NCBI GenBank assembly: GCA_036009765.1
Contig: DASYLB010000044.1
Span: 6,989-70,988, forward strand
DNA length: 64,000 nucleotides
Source of the DNA: Pyrinomonadaceae bacterium
GTDB lineage: Bacteria; Acidobacteriota; Blastocatellia; Pyrinomonadales; Pyrinomonadaceae
Direction of reading: 5' to 3'
Position 1 is the first letter of the stretch; the number at the start of each line of letters is the position of its first letter. The notes beneath the pieces were generated by a model. The model made no database searches. It was given only the letters and a program-made list of their open reading frames with translations, and was not told the origin of the DNA. The position numbers were made by a program, and so were the translations under genes. Positions 8,871-17,625 of the stretch are shown piece by piece.

Positions 8871-10303
8871 ACGTCGTTGGTTACCAGATCGTCGTAAGTG
8901 TCGCGGCGCCGAATCAGTTGCGGCCCGCCGTGGTCATCGATCATCACCGCCGCTGGAAGCGGTCGGCCGTTGTAGTGAAACATCTGCGCCAAAGAATATG
9001 CGCCTGAGTTCAGCAGCGCCAGGACTTCTCCCGGCTCGACTTTCGCGGGCAGCTTACGGTAGTCGGGCAAACGTCCTTCACGCTCGATATCAAAATACAC
9101 ATCGCCCGAATCACACAACGGCCCGGCGACTTTGTAACTTGTCTCATGCGGCTCGCCGGCCCGCGACGCCGAGATGGTATGGTAGTACCACTTGTAATTG
9201 TTCATCGAGAGCATGATGTTGTAGCCCGCATCAGTCAGCAGCCACACGTCACCCGTTTCCGGCCTAGTTTTCATATTCAGAACAGTTGTCAAAACCAGAC
9301 CAGCGTCGGCGATCACACTTCTTCCCGGTTCAAGCAGAATAGTCGTCTTGTCTAGTAAATGTTCGGCGTTCGCGGCGCGAGCAGACTCGCGGGCTACGCG
9401 CAACGCTTCAGCGAGCACGACTGACGGTTCCAGATCGGCGCCGAGCATGTCGCGTTCATGCTCCGGGAGTTGATCGGCTTGCGAGCGATCGCGGAGGTAG
9501 TTAACGGGAATGCCGCCGCCGAGATTGATGTGCTCGAGCGTGTGGCCGGTCTCGCGATGAATGGCCACGAGATGTTCCCACATGCTGCGAAAAGCTTCCG
9601 CGAAGGGCTCGACGTCGGGAGTTTGCGATCCAACGTGAATATGAATGCCGCAGACATGGATGAGATCCGGGTTCTTTAAACTTCGCCGGAAAGCGTCAAG
9701 GACTTCGGACGAAGAGATTCCAAACTTCGAGGTCAGCAACGCTGTCTGCAGCCCCAGATGTGAGCGCGTGCCGATTTCAGGCACGAGACGCAGCGTGATG
9801 CGCGCAGGTTTGACTGGCTGATTCTGTGCTGCCGCTACTCGCCTGACCGCAGCTTCAACCAGACCAATTTCATAGATCGAATCGACATTGATGGCGTAGA
9901 TTCCGGCCTGCACGGCTTCGTCGAGTTCGCTATCGCTTTTGCTGGTGCCGTTGAAAATAATCTGATCGGGGCGGAAGCCAACGCGCAACGCTTTGAAGAG
10001 TTCACCACCGCTGTTGACTTCGAGGTCGATGCCGGTTTCGCGCACCAGCTTGAGCACCGCCATGTTCGAGTTTGCCTTTGAAGCGTAGAAGAAGCGAATG
10101 GGATGGTCGACTGACTCGGCAGCCGCTTTCAGCCGGTTGATATTGGAACGAATGCGAGGTCCGGAAAAGACAAACAGAGGCGAATCGAATTTAGTGATTA
10201 GTTCCAGCGCGTCTGCGCCGTTGATTGCAAGATGCTCGTTGCGAACTTCGAGAAAGTTAGGAATGGTCCAGGCCGGACTTGCAGCCGCTACCGTCGTCGA
10301 CAT
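8864..10303 (-). CDS. PLP-dependent group IV decarboxylase (Orn/DAP/Arg decarboxylase fold, LysA-like)
   Basis: FYASKANSN (PLP lysine region), HIHVGSQ, GGGIPV and GPLCDSGD motifs. Its stop overlaps the oxidase start by 7 nt (ATGGTAA). Confidence 0.85.
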   Translation of the reverse strand: MSTTVAAASPAWTIPNFLEVRNEHLAINGADALELITKFDSPLFVFSGPRIRSNINRLKAAAESVDHPIRFFYASKANSNMAVLKLVRETGIDLEVNSGGELFKALRVGFRPDQIIFNGTSKSDSELDEAVQAGIYAINVDSIYEIGLVEAAVRRVAAAQNQPVKPARITLRLVPEIGTRSHLGLQTALLTSKFGISSSEVLDAFRRSLKNPDLIHVCGIHIHVGSQTPDVEPFAEAFRSMWEHLVAIHRETGHTLEHINLGGGIPVNYLRDRSQADQLPEHERDMLGADLEPSVVLAEALRVARESARAANAEHLLDKTTILLEPGRSVIADAGLVLTTVLNMKTRPETGDVWLLTDAGYNIMLSMNNYKWYYHTISASRAGEPHETSYKVAGPLCDSGDVYFDIEREGRLPDYRKLPAKVEPGEVLALLNSGAYSLAQMFHYNGRPLPAAVMIDDHGGPQLIRRRDTYDDLVTNDVW

Positions 10304-10643
10304 GTATTGGTTTTCTCCGCGTCAGGAATTATTTATGAATGGGAGCGAAGATAGACTGCGAGTCGTAACGCGTCAAGCTTGTCGAGGAAGAATTCACGGT
10401 TGCGCATTCGAGGAAGCCGTAACCAAATCTCAGCTTGGCATGCTAAGGCTCTAAACTTGAAACGTTACCTTCCGATTAAGGAAGTGTTACCGACGCTCTT
10501 CACTGGTGGTTAGCGGTCTGGCGAGGTTCGGATTGAGTTTCATCGCCAAAAGCGCTTCCCGGTCGCCGTTTAAAGCACTCCATCAATAGAGGATCATTTT
10601 GTCCCGGAAAAGTTCAGCTGTTTGCGCTGAGGCTGGGCGAAGA

Positions 10644-11150
10644 TCACTTGCCGAGTTTTCGCAGCACCTCGCGAATTTGTTTGTAGTGCCGTTGCTCGTG
10701 GTAGCCGACAAAAGAAACAGTCGCGACGCCGTCGATTTCGCCGAGGAAGGGATGTTTGAAGACGACATTCCGGAGACGCTCAGTGCTGTGTTTGGCGCAG
10801 AGCGCTTTCAGATTGTTTCTCGCCTGGTTGAAGTTTTCCAACGCGACATCCAGAGCGGGTGCATCGAGCGGAGTCATTGCCTTGGGAGATTTCACACGGA
10901 GAAGCCGCAGGGAAACAATCGAAGTTGGTATGAACCGGCGGAGAAATCCAACTCGCCGCGGCTCACGGCCGATCGCGACTTCGAGTTCATGAGTGACGCG
11001 GCCCTCGACGAGACAGAGGTGGTGCACTATTTCAGCGACGCTCCATTCGCCTTCCGCAGGTCGTTGCGAATAGACGTTCGGCTCGAGCGGCGCGACGGTG
11101 CTCAGTAGCTTTTGGTGGATGGAGTCGAGTCGCTTGAGAACGCTTTGCAT
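10644..11150 (-). CDS. DinB-family (DinB_2) metal-dependent protein
   Basis: EWSVAEIVHHLCLVE ... GYHEQRHYKQI histidine-triad pattern of DinB-like four-helix bundles. Confidence 0.75.
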   Translation of the reverse strand: MQSVLKRLDSIHQKLLSTVAPLEPNVYSQRPAEGEWSVAEIVHHLCLVEGRVTHELEVAIGREPRRVGFLRRFIPTSIVSLRLLRVKSPKAMTPLDAPALDVALENFNQARNNLKALCAKHSTERLRNVVFKHPFLGEIDGVATVSFVGYHEQRHYKQIREVLRKLGK

Positions 11151-11223
11151 TAACGGAACTTGATGGCTTTACCTAAGACTCGTTGTCGATAGCAGAAAGT
11201 TCGACGCGTAGCGTCGATCTGAA

Positions 11224-11669
11224 TTTAGCCCGGCCTTTCAAGGCCGGAAACAATAATTGACCCACGACCTCCGTCGCGTCGCGACGGAATGAAATTGCAG
11301 AGATCTAGTCTTCATTGCGTCGCTGACGCGACGCGTAGTTTAAGGAACGAGGTGATCCCAGCCTTGAAAGGGCAATGACATACTTGACGAATCAACCGAA
11401 TTCGCAACCCGAAGGGTTTGCTAGAAAGTAGCCGGGGGTCGAAGCGCAGCGCAGACCCCGGGAACCAATCGATCAAGGATTTGCACCCTGAAAGGGGTGC
11501 CAGCCCAACTCTGTGACCCTTCCAGGGTCAAATATGATTGCCTTCTGATCCGGGGGTGTCGCTCTGCTCGACCTCCGGCTACTATCTCGCAGCCCTACGG
11601 GCTGCCTCGGTCTTATCTCGGAGGGTGTACTTGATTCGTCAAGTATGTCATTGCCCTTGAAAGGCTGGG
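11224..11669. repeat. Nest of at least three short repeat families (family H PALKGRAK-type, an outer 39-bp inverted-repeat pair, and an inner family D element)
   Basis: TTAGCCCGGCCTTTCAAGGCCGG at 11226. Palindromes CCGTCGCGTCGCGACGG and GCGTCGCTGACGCGACGC. Outer IR 11357-11395 / 11631-11669. Inner family D element 11427-11583. Confidence 0.7.
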
Positions 11670-11723
11670 CTAAGTTCACACCGATGCTACGTATCGCAAT
11701 CGATTGAGCGGTAGCTCGAAGAA

Positions 11724-12728
11724 TCAGCTCAGCGGCTTACCAAAGTTGTAAACGATTACGCCGGTGACTTTCACCGCTTCACCCTGCTGGAAGGTCGGCG
11801 AGAATTTCGCTTGTAGTGCTGCATTGACCGACGATTCCTGCAACATCTTCGGTCCTGATATCGCGCGCGCCTCAGTTACGTTTCCTTGCTCGTCGACAGT
11901 GACTTGAATGACTACCACACCTTCAGCTCCAGCGGCTTTGGCGTCGGCAGGATAATCTGGTCTCGGCAGGCTGATAGCTCTGCCGTTAAGGACACCGGCA
12001 GAGATGGGCCCGCGCTTTCCGGGTTCACTTGCGGCCTGCGCATCTTCAGCCTTGGGATCGTGATTGGCCTGCTTTGCAGGAGCTGCTTCAACCGGACTGG
12101 TCGATGCGGGAGCTTCGGCCTGAGCGGCAGCAGCTGCTGACTTAGCTGGATCAACTTGGTCGCTCTTTTCCGGCAGTATAAAAGAACTCAGAAACTCACT
12201 CTGAAGCTCATCGTTCTTTTTCGTGTCGAGGTAGACAATTGAATAGAAGCGCTTCCGCGTGGCAAAGACCTGCGCCGTGCCTGATAAGTCGCCGATGGTC
12301 ATGCGATATTCGCGGCCGGAATTTCCCTGGAGTGCTTTGTCGCCGACCAGTGTCAGTTTTGCGATTACGTCTTTGCGAATCTTTGGTGAAAAGAGAGTTT
12401 TGAAGGCATCGACGTAGGAGTTGATGCGTTGCATTTCTGTGTAGAGCGCTGGATTTGATTTGATCCCACTGAGTGAAACTACGGCGAACACCGGTCCCGG
12501 CTTGGTGTTAGAGAGATAGGTTCGCGTATTCAACTCCATCTTGTGATACGGCTCTTTGCTGGTTTCAAAAGTTGAACCCTTAGGCATGAGGACTGAAAAT
12601 TCCTCGCCGTCAGGCCGAAGCGTTTCCCAATCCGGTTTGCTGGCGGTGGATTGTCCGAGTGCTGAAATGGCAGTTGTCAGCGCGAACAGCAGGACGAACG
12701 GTTGCAGCTTGAAATGAAATGAACGCAT
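11724..12728 (-). CDS. Secreted protein with C-terminal TonB-C (energy transducer) domain
   Basis: C-terminus PRPDYPADAKAAGAEGVVVIQVTVDEQGNVTEARAISGP...AALQAKF is a TonB_C domain. It has an Ala/Pro-rich linker. I chose ATG 12728 because AAGGAG lies 9 nt upstream and a signal peptide follows. Confidence 0.75.
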   Translation of the reverse strand: MRSFHFKLQPFVLLFALTTAISALGQSTASKPDWETLRPDGEEFSVLMPKGSTFETSKEPYHKMELNTRTYLSNTKPGPVFAVVSLSGIKSNPALYTEMQRINSYVDAFKTLFSPKIRKDVIAKLTLVGDKALQGNSGREYRMTIGDLSGTAQVFATRKRFYSIVYLDTKKNDELQSEFLSSFILPEKSDQVDPAKSAAAAAQAEAPASTSPVEAAPAKQANHDPKAEDAQAASEPGKRGPISAGVLNGRAISLPRPDYPADAKAAGAEGVVVIQVTVDEQGNVTEARAISGPKMLQESSVNAALQAKFSPTFQQGEAVKVTGVIVYNFGKPLS

Positions 12729-12929
12729 GACGCAATACTCCTTTAGTGCTTTTTCGCGGTTCATGAGATTCATCGGGACTAGGTTGAGCCTGGATCGGGA
12801 ACGACGTTCTAGATTTTCGCCGTACTGACAGACAATTACAAGCGCGCAAAGGTTAGTGTCCTAGAATCAGTTTCTCAGTGACACCTCTGTGTGCCCTGTG
12901 CTGGACAGACGGCTTTGCACAAAAGGCAA

Positions 12930-13077
12930 GAAGAGCGGGGGCAAGCCCACCTTCCTCACCGCGAGCTAATTGGCGTTGAGATTGTGATCCCACTTTGAAC
13001 GGCTTTCGATGTGGCGCAAACCGTGCACAGACTGGTGAGGAAAACTCATCACCCCATAGCGGCTTGGGCAAAAGCGG
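12930..13077. repeat. MITE family A, degenerate copy
   Basis: The left arm AAGAGCGGGGGCAAGCCCACCTTCCTCACCGCGAG is intact. The right arm (GGTGAGGAA...GCTTGGGCAAAAGCGG) is decayed. Confidence 0.5.
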
Positions 13078-13090
13078 ATCGGGCAAAAAA

Positions 13091-13471
13091 CTATAGCTGC
13101 GCCATCATCTCGGCGGGATTCCAATAGGCGCGCAAGGTCTGTATCTGTCCCGCATCGTTAAGTTCAATGATGTCGATGCCTTCAAAGTGTACGCTTCGCC
13201 CCTTCTTACTGATGCCGCGTCCGGTCCATTTTACCGCGGCGCTGTTGCCGGCTATGAAAACCTGATCTTCGGTGAGGCCAACTTCTTTAAAAGCCGCAGT
13301 AACCGACTGGAAAAATTCGGCGAGTTTCTGGTGACCGACAAGCGGCGGTGCGTTGACTGGGTCGTAAGAAACCGCATCTTCAGCGAATGTGTTGACCCAG
13401 GCCTTCTCATCCATCGTGCGCAAGGCTGCAAAGTAAGCCTTCACCGTTTGTGAAACAATTTCTGGCGACAT
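13091..13471 (-). CDS. SnoaL-like / NTF2-fold protein
   Basis: 126 aa with the NTF2-like pattern (YFAALRTMDEKAWVNTFAEDAVSYDP...). Its ATG directly abuts the TAA of the upstream ligase. Confidence 0.7.
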   Translation of the reverse strand: MSPEIVSQTVKAYFAALRTMDEKAWVNTFAEDAVSYDPVNAPPLVGHQKLAEFFQSVTAAFKEVGLTEDQVFIAGNSAAVKWTGRGISKKGRSVHFEGIDIIELNDAGQIQTLRAYWNPAEMMAQL

Positions 13472-15052
13472 TTATCCCTTCTTCCTTTCGCGTTCCTGCT
13501 GCACCAACACCCGCCGCAATATTTTTCCGGACGGTGATTTGGGAATCTTATCGATAAACTCGAGCAGCCGTATTTTCTTGTGCGGCGCCACGCGCTCCGC
13601 CACGAAATCCATCAACTCTTCCGCGGTGGCTGCTTCTTTGAGGACCACAAATGCTTTCGGAATTTCTCCCGCTTCGTCGTCCTGACAGGGAATCACTGCT
13701 GCGTCCGCAACCGAAGGATGCGTTAACAATAAAGCTTCCAGTTCCGCCGGGGGCACCTGAAAACCTTTGTACTTGATTAGTTCCTTGGCGCGATCGACGA
13801 TGAAAAAGTGTCCGTCGACGTCTGCGTAGCCGATGTCGCCGGTGTGCAGCCAACCTTCGGCGTCTACAGTGGCCGCAGTGGCCTCGGGGCGATTTAGATA
13901 GCCCTTCATGATCTGCGGGCCGCGCACGCAGACCTCGCCCTCCCTGTGATGCGGCAACATCTCGCCGGTTTCCAGATCGACAACTTTGCACTCAGTGTTA
14001 GGCGCCGGCACACCAACAGAACCAAACTTTACCTGCGACGGATCGGCTGGCGAAGAATGCGTTACTGGACTCGTTTCTGTCATGCCGTAACCCTGTCGCA
14101 CATCGCAGTCGAGTCGCGTCATGCAGGCGCGCGTGAGGTGTTCATCGAGCGGTGCGGCGCCACAAAAAATAGTTTTCAGTTTAGACAAATCGTAGTCGTC
14201 AACCACCGGATGCTTGCTAAGCGCGATCACGATCGGCGGCACGAGATGCGCCAGCGTTACGCCGTGGTCCTGAACCAACTGTAGAAAAGGCTCAAGCTCG
14301 AAGCGAGGCACAGTCACAATTGTCGAGCCTTGCGAAAGACCCATGTTCAAAACAACTACGAGCCCGTAAATATGAAAGAGCGGCAAGACACAGATCAGCG
14401 TGTCGTTCTCGGTGAAGTAGTCGAGACCTTCCATCTGGCACATGTTAGCGACAAGGTTGTAGTGCGTGAGCATCACGCCTTTTGCCAAACCAGTAGTGCC
14501 GCTGGAATAGGGAAGGGCGACCAAATCTTCACGGGGATTGATCGTCACCGCCGGAAACTGTCCATCACTTTCCAGCAGCGAAGAGAAACGCGTGGCGCCG
14601 TTTAGCTCGCCTCCAGTTTCGTCAAACACAAATAATTCCTCGACGCCGGATTCGCGCGCCGCAGCGCTGGCCTTATCAAGAAACTGCGGCACGGTAACCA
14701 GAAACCGCGCGCCGGCATCTTTGAGTTGATGGGCAATTTCGTGCTCGGTATACAACGGGTTGACCGGACTCACGATGCCGCCGAGCGAAGCGACTGCATG
14801 GAACGCGATCGCATATTCCGGCAGATTCGGACTGAGAATTCCAAAGACCTCGCCCTGCTTAAATCCGCGCTGCCAGAGACTTGCAGCCACACGCGAAATT
14901 TGATCAGCCAGTTCCGAGTACTTGATGGTGCGCCCGCTGGGCCCGTCGATTAATGCAGCCTTTTCGCCACGAGCGTTCACATTGTTAAGCACAAACGTGG
15001 TTACGGGAATTTCGGGTATGTCGACTTGGGGGAAGGGGCCGCGGAAGATCAT
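13472..15052 (-). CDS. AMP-dependent acyl-CoA ligase (4-coumarate:CoA ligase-like)
   Basis: AMP-binding box LPYSSGTTGLAKGVMLTH, plus GYGMTE, TGDIGY and GKILRR motifs. I chose ATG 15052 (MIFRGPFPQVDIPE). The longer ORF runs into repeat family E. Confidence 0.9.
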   Translation of the reverse strand: MIFRGPFPQVDIPEIPVTTFVLNNVNARGEKAALIDGPSGRTIKYSELADQISRVAASLWQRGFKQGEVFGILSPNLPEYAIAFHAVASLGGIVSPVNPLYTEHEIAHQLKDAGARFLVTVPQFLDKASAAARESGVEELFVFDETGGELNGATRFSSLLESDGQFPAVTINPREDLVALPYSSGTTGLAKGVMLTHYNLVANMCQMEGLDYFTENDTLICVLPLFHIYGLVVVLNMGLSQGSTIVTVPRFELEPFLQLVQDHGVTLAHLVPPIVIALSKHPVVDDYDLSKLKTIFCGAAPLDEHLTRACMTRLDCDVRQGYGMTETSPVTHSSPADPSQVKFGSVGVPAPNTECKVVDLETGEMLPHHREGEVCVRGPQIMKGYLNRPEATAATVDAEGWLHTGDIGYADVDGHFFIVDRAKELIKYKGFQVPPAELEALLLTHPSVADAAVIPCQDDEAGEIPKAFVVLKEAATAEELMDFVAERVAPHKKIRLLEFIDKIPKSPSGKILRRVLVQQERERKKG

Positions 15053-15064
15053 GTTGTTTGAAAA

Positions 15065-15192
15065 CTCAACTCCTTGGAGTGCGCCGACTTGTCGGCGCTT
15101 TGGTCTGATGTGGGTTATGGGACATGTCGATTGAAACTGCGCTGGGATCGCCGGCAAAAGCGCCGACAAGTCGGCGCACTCCAAGGAGTTGA
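15065..15192. repeat. Repeat family E, palindromic element in a divergent promoter region
   Basis: Arms CTCAACTCCTTGGAGTGCGCCGACTTGTCGGCGCTTT (15065-15101) and AAAGCGCCGACAAGTCGGCGCACTCCAAGGAGTTGA (about 15157-15192). Each arm also contains the palindrome GCGCCGAC-TT-GTCGGCGC. Confidence 0.7.
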
Positions 15193-15271
15193 CTCCGAGC
15201 GCGCTTACCTTAGCAGGTGACCTCGGTTCCGTAAAAGGTTTATATTAGCGGCTCCATAGAAAAAGCCCGAT

Positions 15272-16525
15272 ATGTCAGCATCCGAAAATCCCTTAACAAT
15301 CGTTTGCCTGGCCACCTACTTCAAAGGTGGCGACTTTATTCGGGAGTGCAAGCGCCTTGGTTGCAGCGTAATTCTCATCACCAAGGAAAAGATGCTGCTG
15401 GAAGACTGGCCGCGCGAAAGTTTGGACGATTTGATTGCAGTGCCAAACGACGCGGGTCCGCCGCTGATGATCGACCTCACGGCGTTTATCTCGCGCAAGC
15501 TGAAAGTGGATCGTGTGGTCGCGCTCGAGGAGTTTGACGTCATGACCGCGGCCTTGATCCGCGAACATTTCTGTCTGCCGGGAATGAGCAGCTCGACGGC
15601 AAAAACGTTTCGCGACAAATACAGGATGGCGGAAGCGGCAAAAGCTGCGGGAATAGTCCTGCCCGATTTTGTGCCGCTAATTAATCCTGATGAAGTGCGA
15701 GAGTTCATGGAACGTGTGCCGCCGCCGTGGATCGTCAAACCTCGTTCAGATGTTTCGGCGATTGGCATTCGTAAGGTGAGTGACTCGGAAGAAGTGTTGA
15801 GCCTGATGACTGAAATGAACGAGCGCGAGAATTTGCGCGAGCGGGCTTCTTATTATCTGCTGGCACAGTTTGTTGCCGGCGAAGTTTTTCACGTCGATTC
15901 ACTGGTGAGCAATGGCCGGGTTTTGTTCGCCGGCGCGAATCGCTATGGACGACCACCGTTGGAAGTTGCGCACGGAGGTGGAGCATACGTGTCACGCACG
16001 GTGGCGCATCGATCGGAAGACGAAAGAAAATTGTTTACGATCAATCGCAAACTGGTAAAAGCGCTGAAACACAAAAGCGGCGCCGCTCATGCAGAGTTCA
16101 TCAAGAGCGATGTCGATGGCCGTTTCTACTTCCTGGAGATCGCGGCTCGTGTCGGTGGAGCTTATATCGCCGACGTCTTAGAGGCAGCTTCGGGGCTAAA
16201 CTTGTGGCGCGAGTGGGCGCGGATGGAAGTGCAGGCAGCAGGAGCAGGGGCAGGGGCAGGGAAGAGGGCAGAGTTGAGTGCTAAAGTTAAGGCGCTGAGA
16301 AACGAATACGCGGGAATCGTGTTGTCGCTTTCGAAACAGGATGAACCCGACACTTCTTCATATGACGATCCGGAAATCGTCTATCGCGTAAAGAAGGATC
16401 ATCACGCCGGCTTGATTGTCCGCTCTAAGAACCTGGAACGCGTCGAAGAATTGTTGACGCAGTATGCAACGCGATTCGCAGATGATTTTGTTGCAGTAGT
16501 GCCGCCGCTCGAGAAGGCGGAGTGA
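15272..16525 (+). CDS. ATP-grasp domain carboxylate-amine ligase, substrate unknown
   Basis: Pre-ATP-grasp plus ATP-grasp layout (PWIVKPRSDVSAIGIRKV ... AHAEFIKSDVDGRFYFLEIAARVGGAYI). TGA stop at 16523-16525. Confidence 0.8.
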   Translation: MSASENPLTIVCLATYFKGGDFIRECKRLGCSVILITKEKMLLEDWPRESLDDLIAVPNDAGPPLMIDLTAFISRKLKVDRVVALEEFDVMTAALIREHFCLPGMSSSTAKTFRDKYRMAEAAKAAGIVLPDFVPLINPDEVREFMERVPPPWIVKPRSDVSAIGIRKVSDSEEVLSLMTEMNERENLRERASYYLLAQFVAGEVFHVDSLVSNGRVLFAGANRYGRPPLEVAHGGGAYVSRTVAHRSEDERKLFTINRKLVKALKHKSGAAHAEFIKSDVDGRFYFLEIAARVGGAYIADVLEAASGLNLWREWARMEVQAAGAGAGAGKRAELSAKVKALRNEYAGIVLSLSKQDEPDTSSYDDPEIVYRVKKDHHAGLIVRSKNLERVEELLTQYATRFADDFVAVVPPLEKAE

Positions 16526-16548
16526 ACTTCAGTTAGCTTTTGGCTGCA

Positions 16549-16689
16549 AAGAGCGGGGGCAAGCCCACCTTCCTGACCTGCGAGACTACTCAAGTGGATC
16601 GACTACCTTGTCTTGAAAATCCTTCAAGCGCGGATGATGGCTCAACTGTGATCAGCTCTGGGCGGGAAGGCGGGCTTGCCCCCGTTCTT
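16549..16689. repeat. MITE family A, complete copy
   Basis: Arms AAGAGCGGGGGCAAGCCCACCTTCCTGACC / GGCGGGAAGGCGGGCTTGCCCCCGTTCTT. It fills the convergent gap between ATP-grasp and DUF2071, and its right end runs into the DUF2071 stop codon. Confidence 0.8.
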
Positions 16690-17401
16690 AATCTTCGATT
16701 TTCTTGAGCGGCCAGATCTCGACGCTGAGTTCTTCGCAGTAGTGGAGCAATGGATCGCCGGACGGCATGGGAAGACGATGCGATTCGATCATGCTTGAAC
16801 TGAGCGTCGTGAGTTCTGCTTTTCGCAAGGGCCACGGTTGGTGATGAATGCGCGCGCGATAGAGTTTGCCGTTATGCTCACAGTCCAGCGCGTAACGCTC
16901 GGTTAAGAAAAACTCGAGCGAGCCGGGAAAAGTTGGCGGCAACGCTTCGCCGATATTCCAGGTCGCTTGAAGTTCCGCAGGCGCACCGCGTCGATCTTTT
17001 CGCACTGATGAATAACCAATCGAATTACCAGTCTGACTTAACAACATCAGCGCGTTGAAATACGGCAGGTGATAAAACGTGCGTGCTCCCAAAACAGCGA
17101 GACGATTTGCGGCGTCAAGAGAGAGGAACAACACGCTGGCAACGCCCTCGTGATAAACGTAAGTACGCACGTTCAGTTCATGAAACGCGCTGGTACCGGG
17201 AATCGCCGGCAGGAATGAAGCGCGAATACCCCACATCGTAAAGGGCACGACGCCAATCCAAGCCGAGCCGTCGAAGGTGTCGATTTCGAGTTGCCGCGGA
17301 ATGAGCGGGCGCAGCAGCGCCGGATCGATGCGCCAATGCATGAAGAGTAGCTTGCCCCAATTCTGATACATGATCGGCCTGCCGAGAGGGCGCTCGCGCA
17401 T
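16688..17401 (-). CDS. DUF2071 (YqjF-like) protein
   Basis: LLFMHWRIDPALLRPLIP...FDGSAWIGVVPFTMWGIR...FHELNVRTYV is the DUF2071 pattern. Start is ambiguous (ATG 17401 or 17371). The ORF extension to 17476 lies inside a MITE. Confidence 0.75.
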   Translation of the reverse strand: MRERPLGRPIMYQNWGKLLFMHWRIDPALLRPLIPRQLEIDTFDGSAWIGVVPFTMWGIRASFLPAIPGTSAFHELNVRTYVYHEGVASVLFLSLDAANRLAVLGARTFYHLPYFNALMLLSQTGNSIGYSSVRKDRRGAPAELQATWNIGEALPPTFPGSLEFFLTERYALDCEHNGKLYRARIHHQPWPLRKAELTTLSSSMIESHRLPMPSGDPLLHYCEELSVEIWPLKKIED

Positions 17402-17462
17402 GCCAAGGCGATCGGCGGCAGTAGGGTCCGAAGGTTTCACAAGCAGAAGAATGGAGAAGAAA

Positions 17463-17615
17463 AAGAGCGGGGGCAAGCCGCCCTTCCCGACCGCGAGACT
17501 CTCATACTTGAGAGACGACTCTTAGCTTGTATGTCATTGCAAAGCGATCTCGCTCGAACTGCGGACTCAAGTTGAGCAGTCTCGGGGTCAGGAAGGGTGG
17601 CTTGCCCCCGCTTCT
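17463..17615. repeat. MITE family A, complete copy
   Basis: AAGAGCGGGGGCAAGCCGCCCTTCCCGACC ... GGTCAGGAAGGGTGGCTTGCCCCCGCTTCTT. Confidence 0.8.
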
Positions 17616-17625
17616 TTCGATCATG

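Noticed and set aside
10304-10643. Riboswitch or leader (for example lysine-type) in the 340-nt region upstream of the decarboxylase operon
   Set aside because: I could not recognise any known riboswitch core by eye, only a short local hairpin. Deciding this needs an Infernal/Rfam scan.
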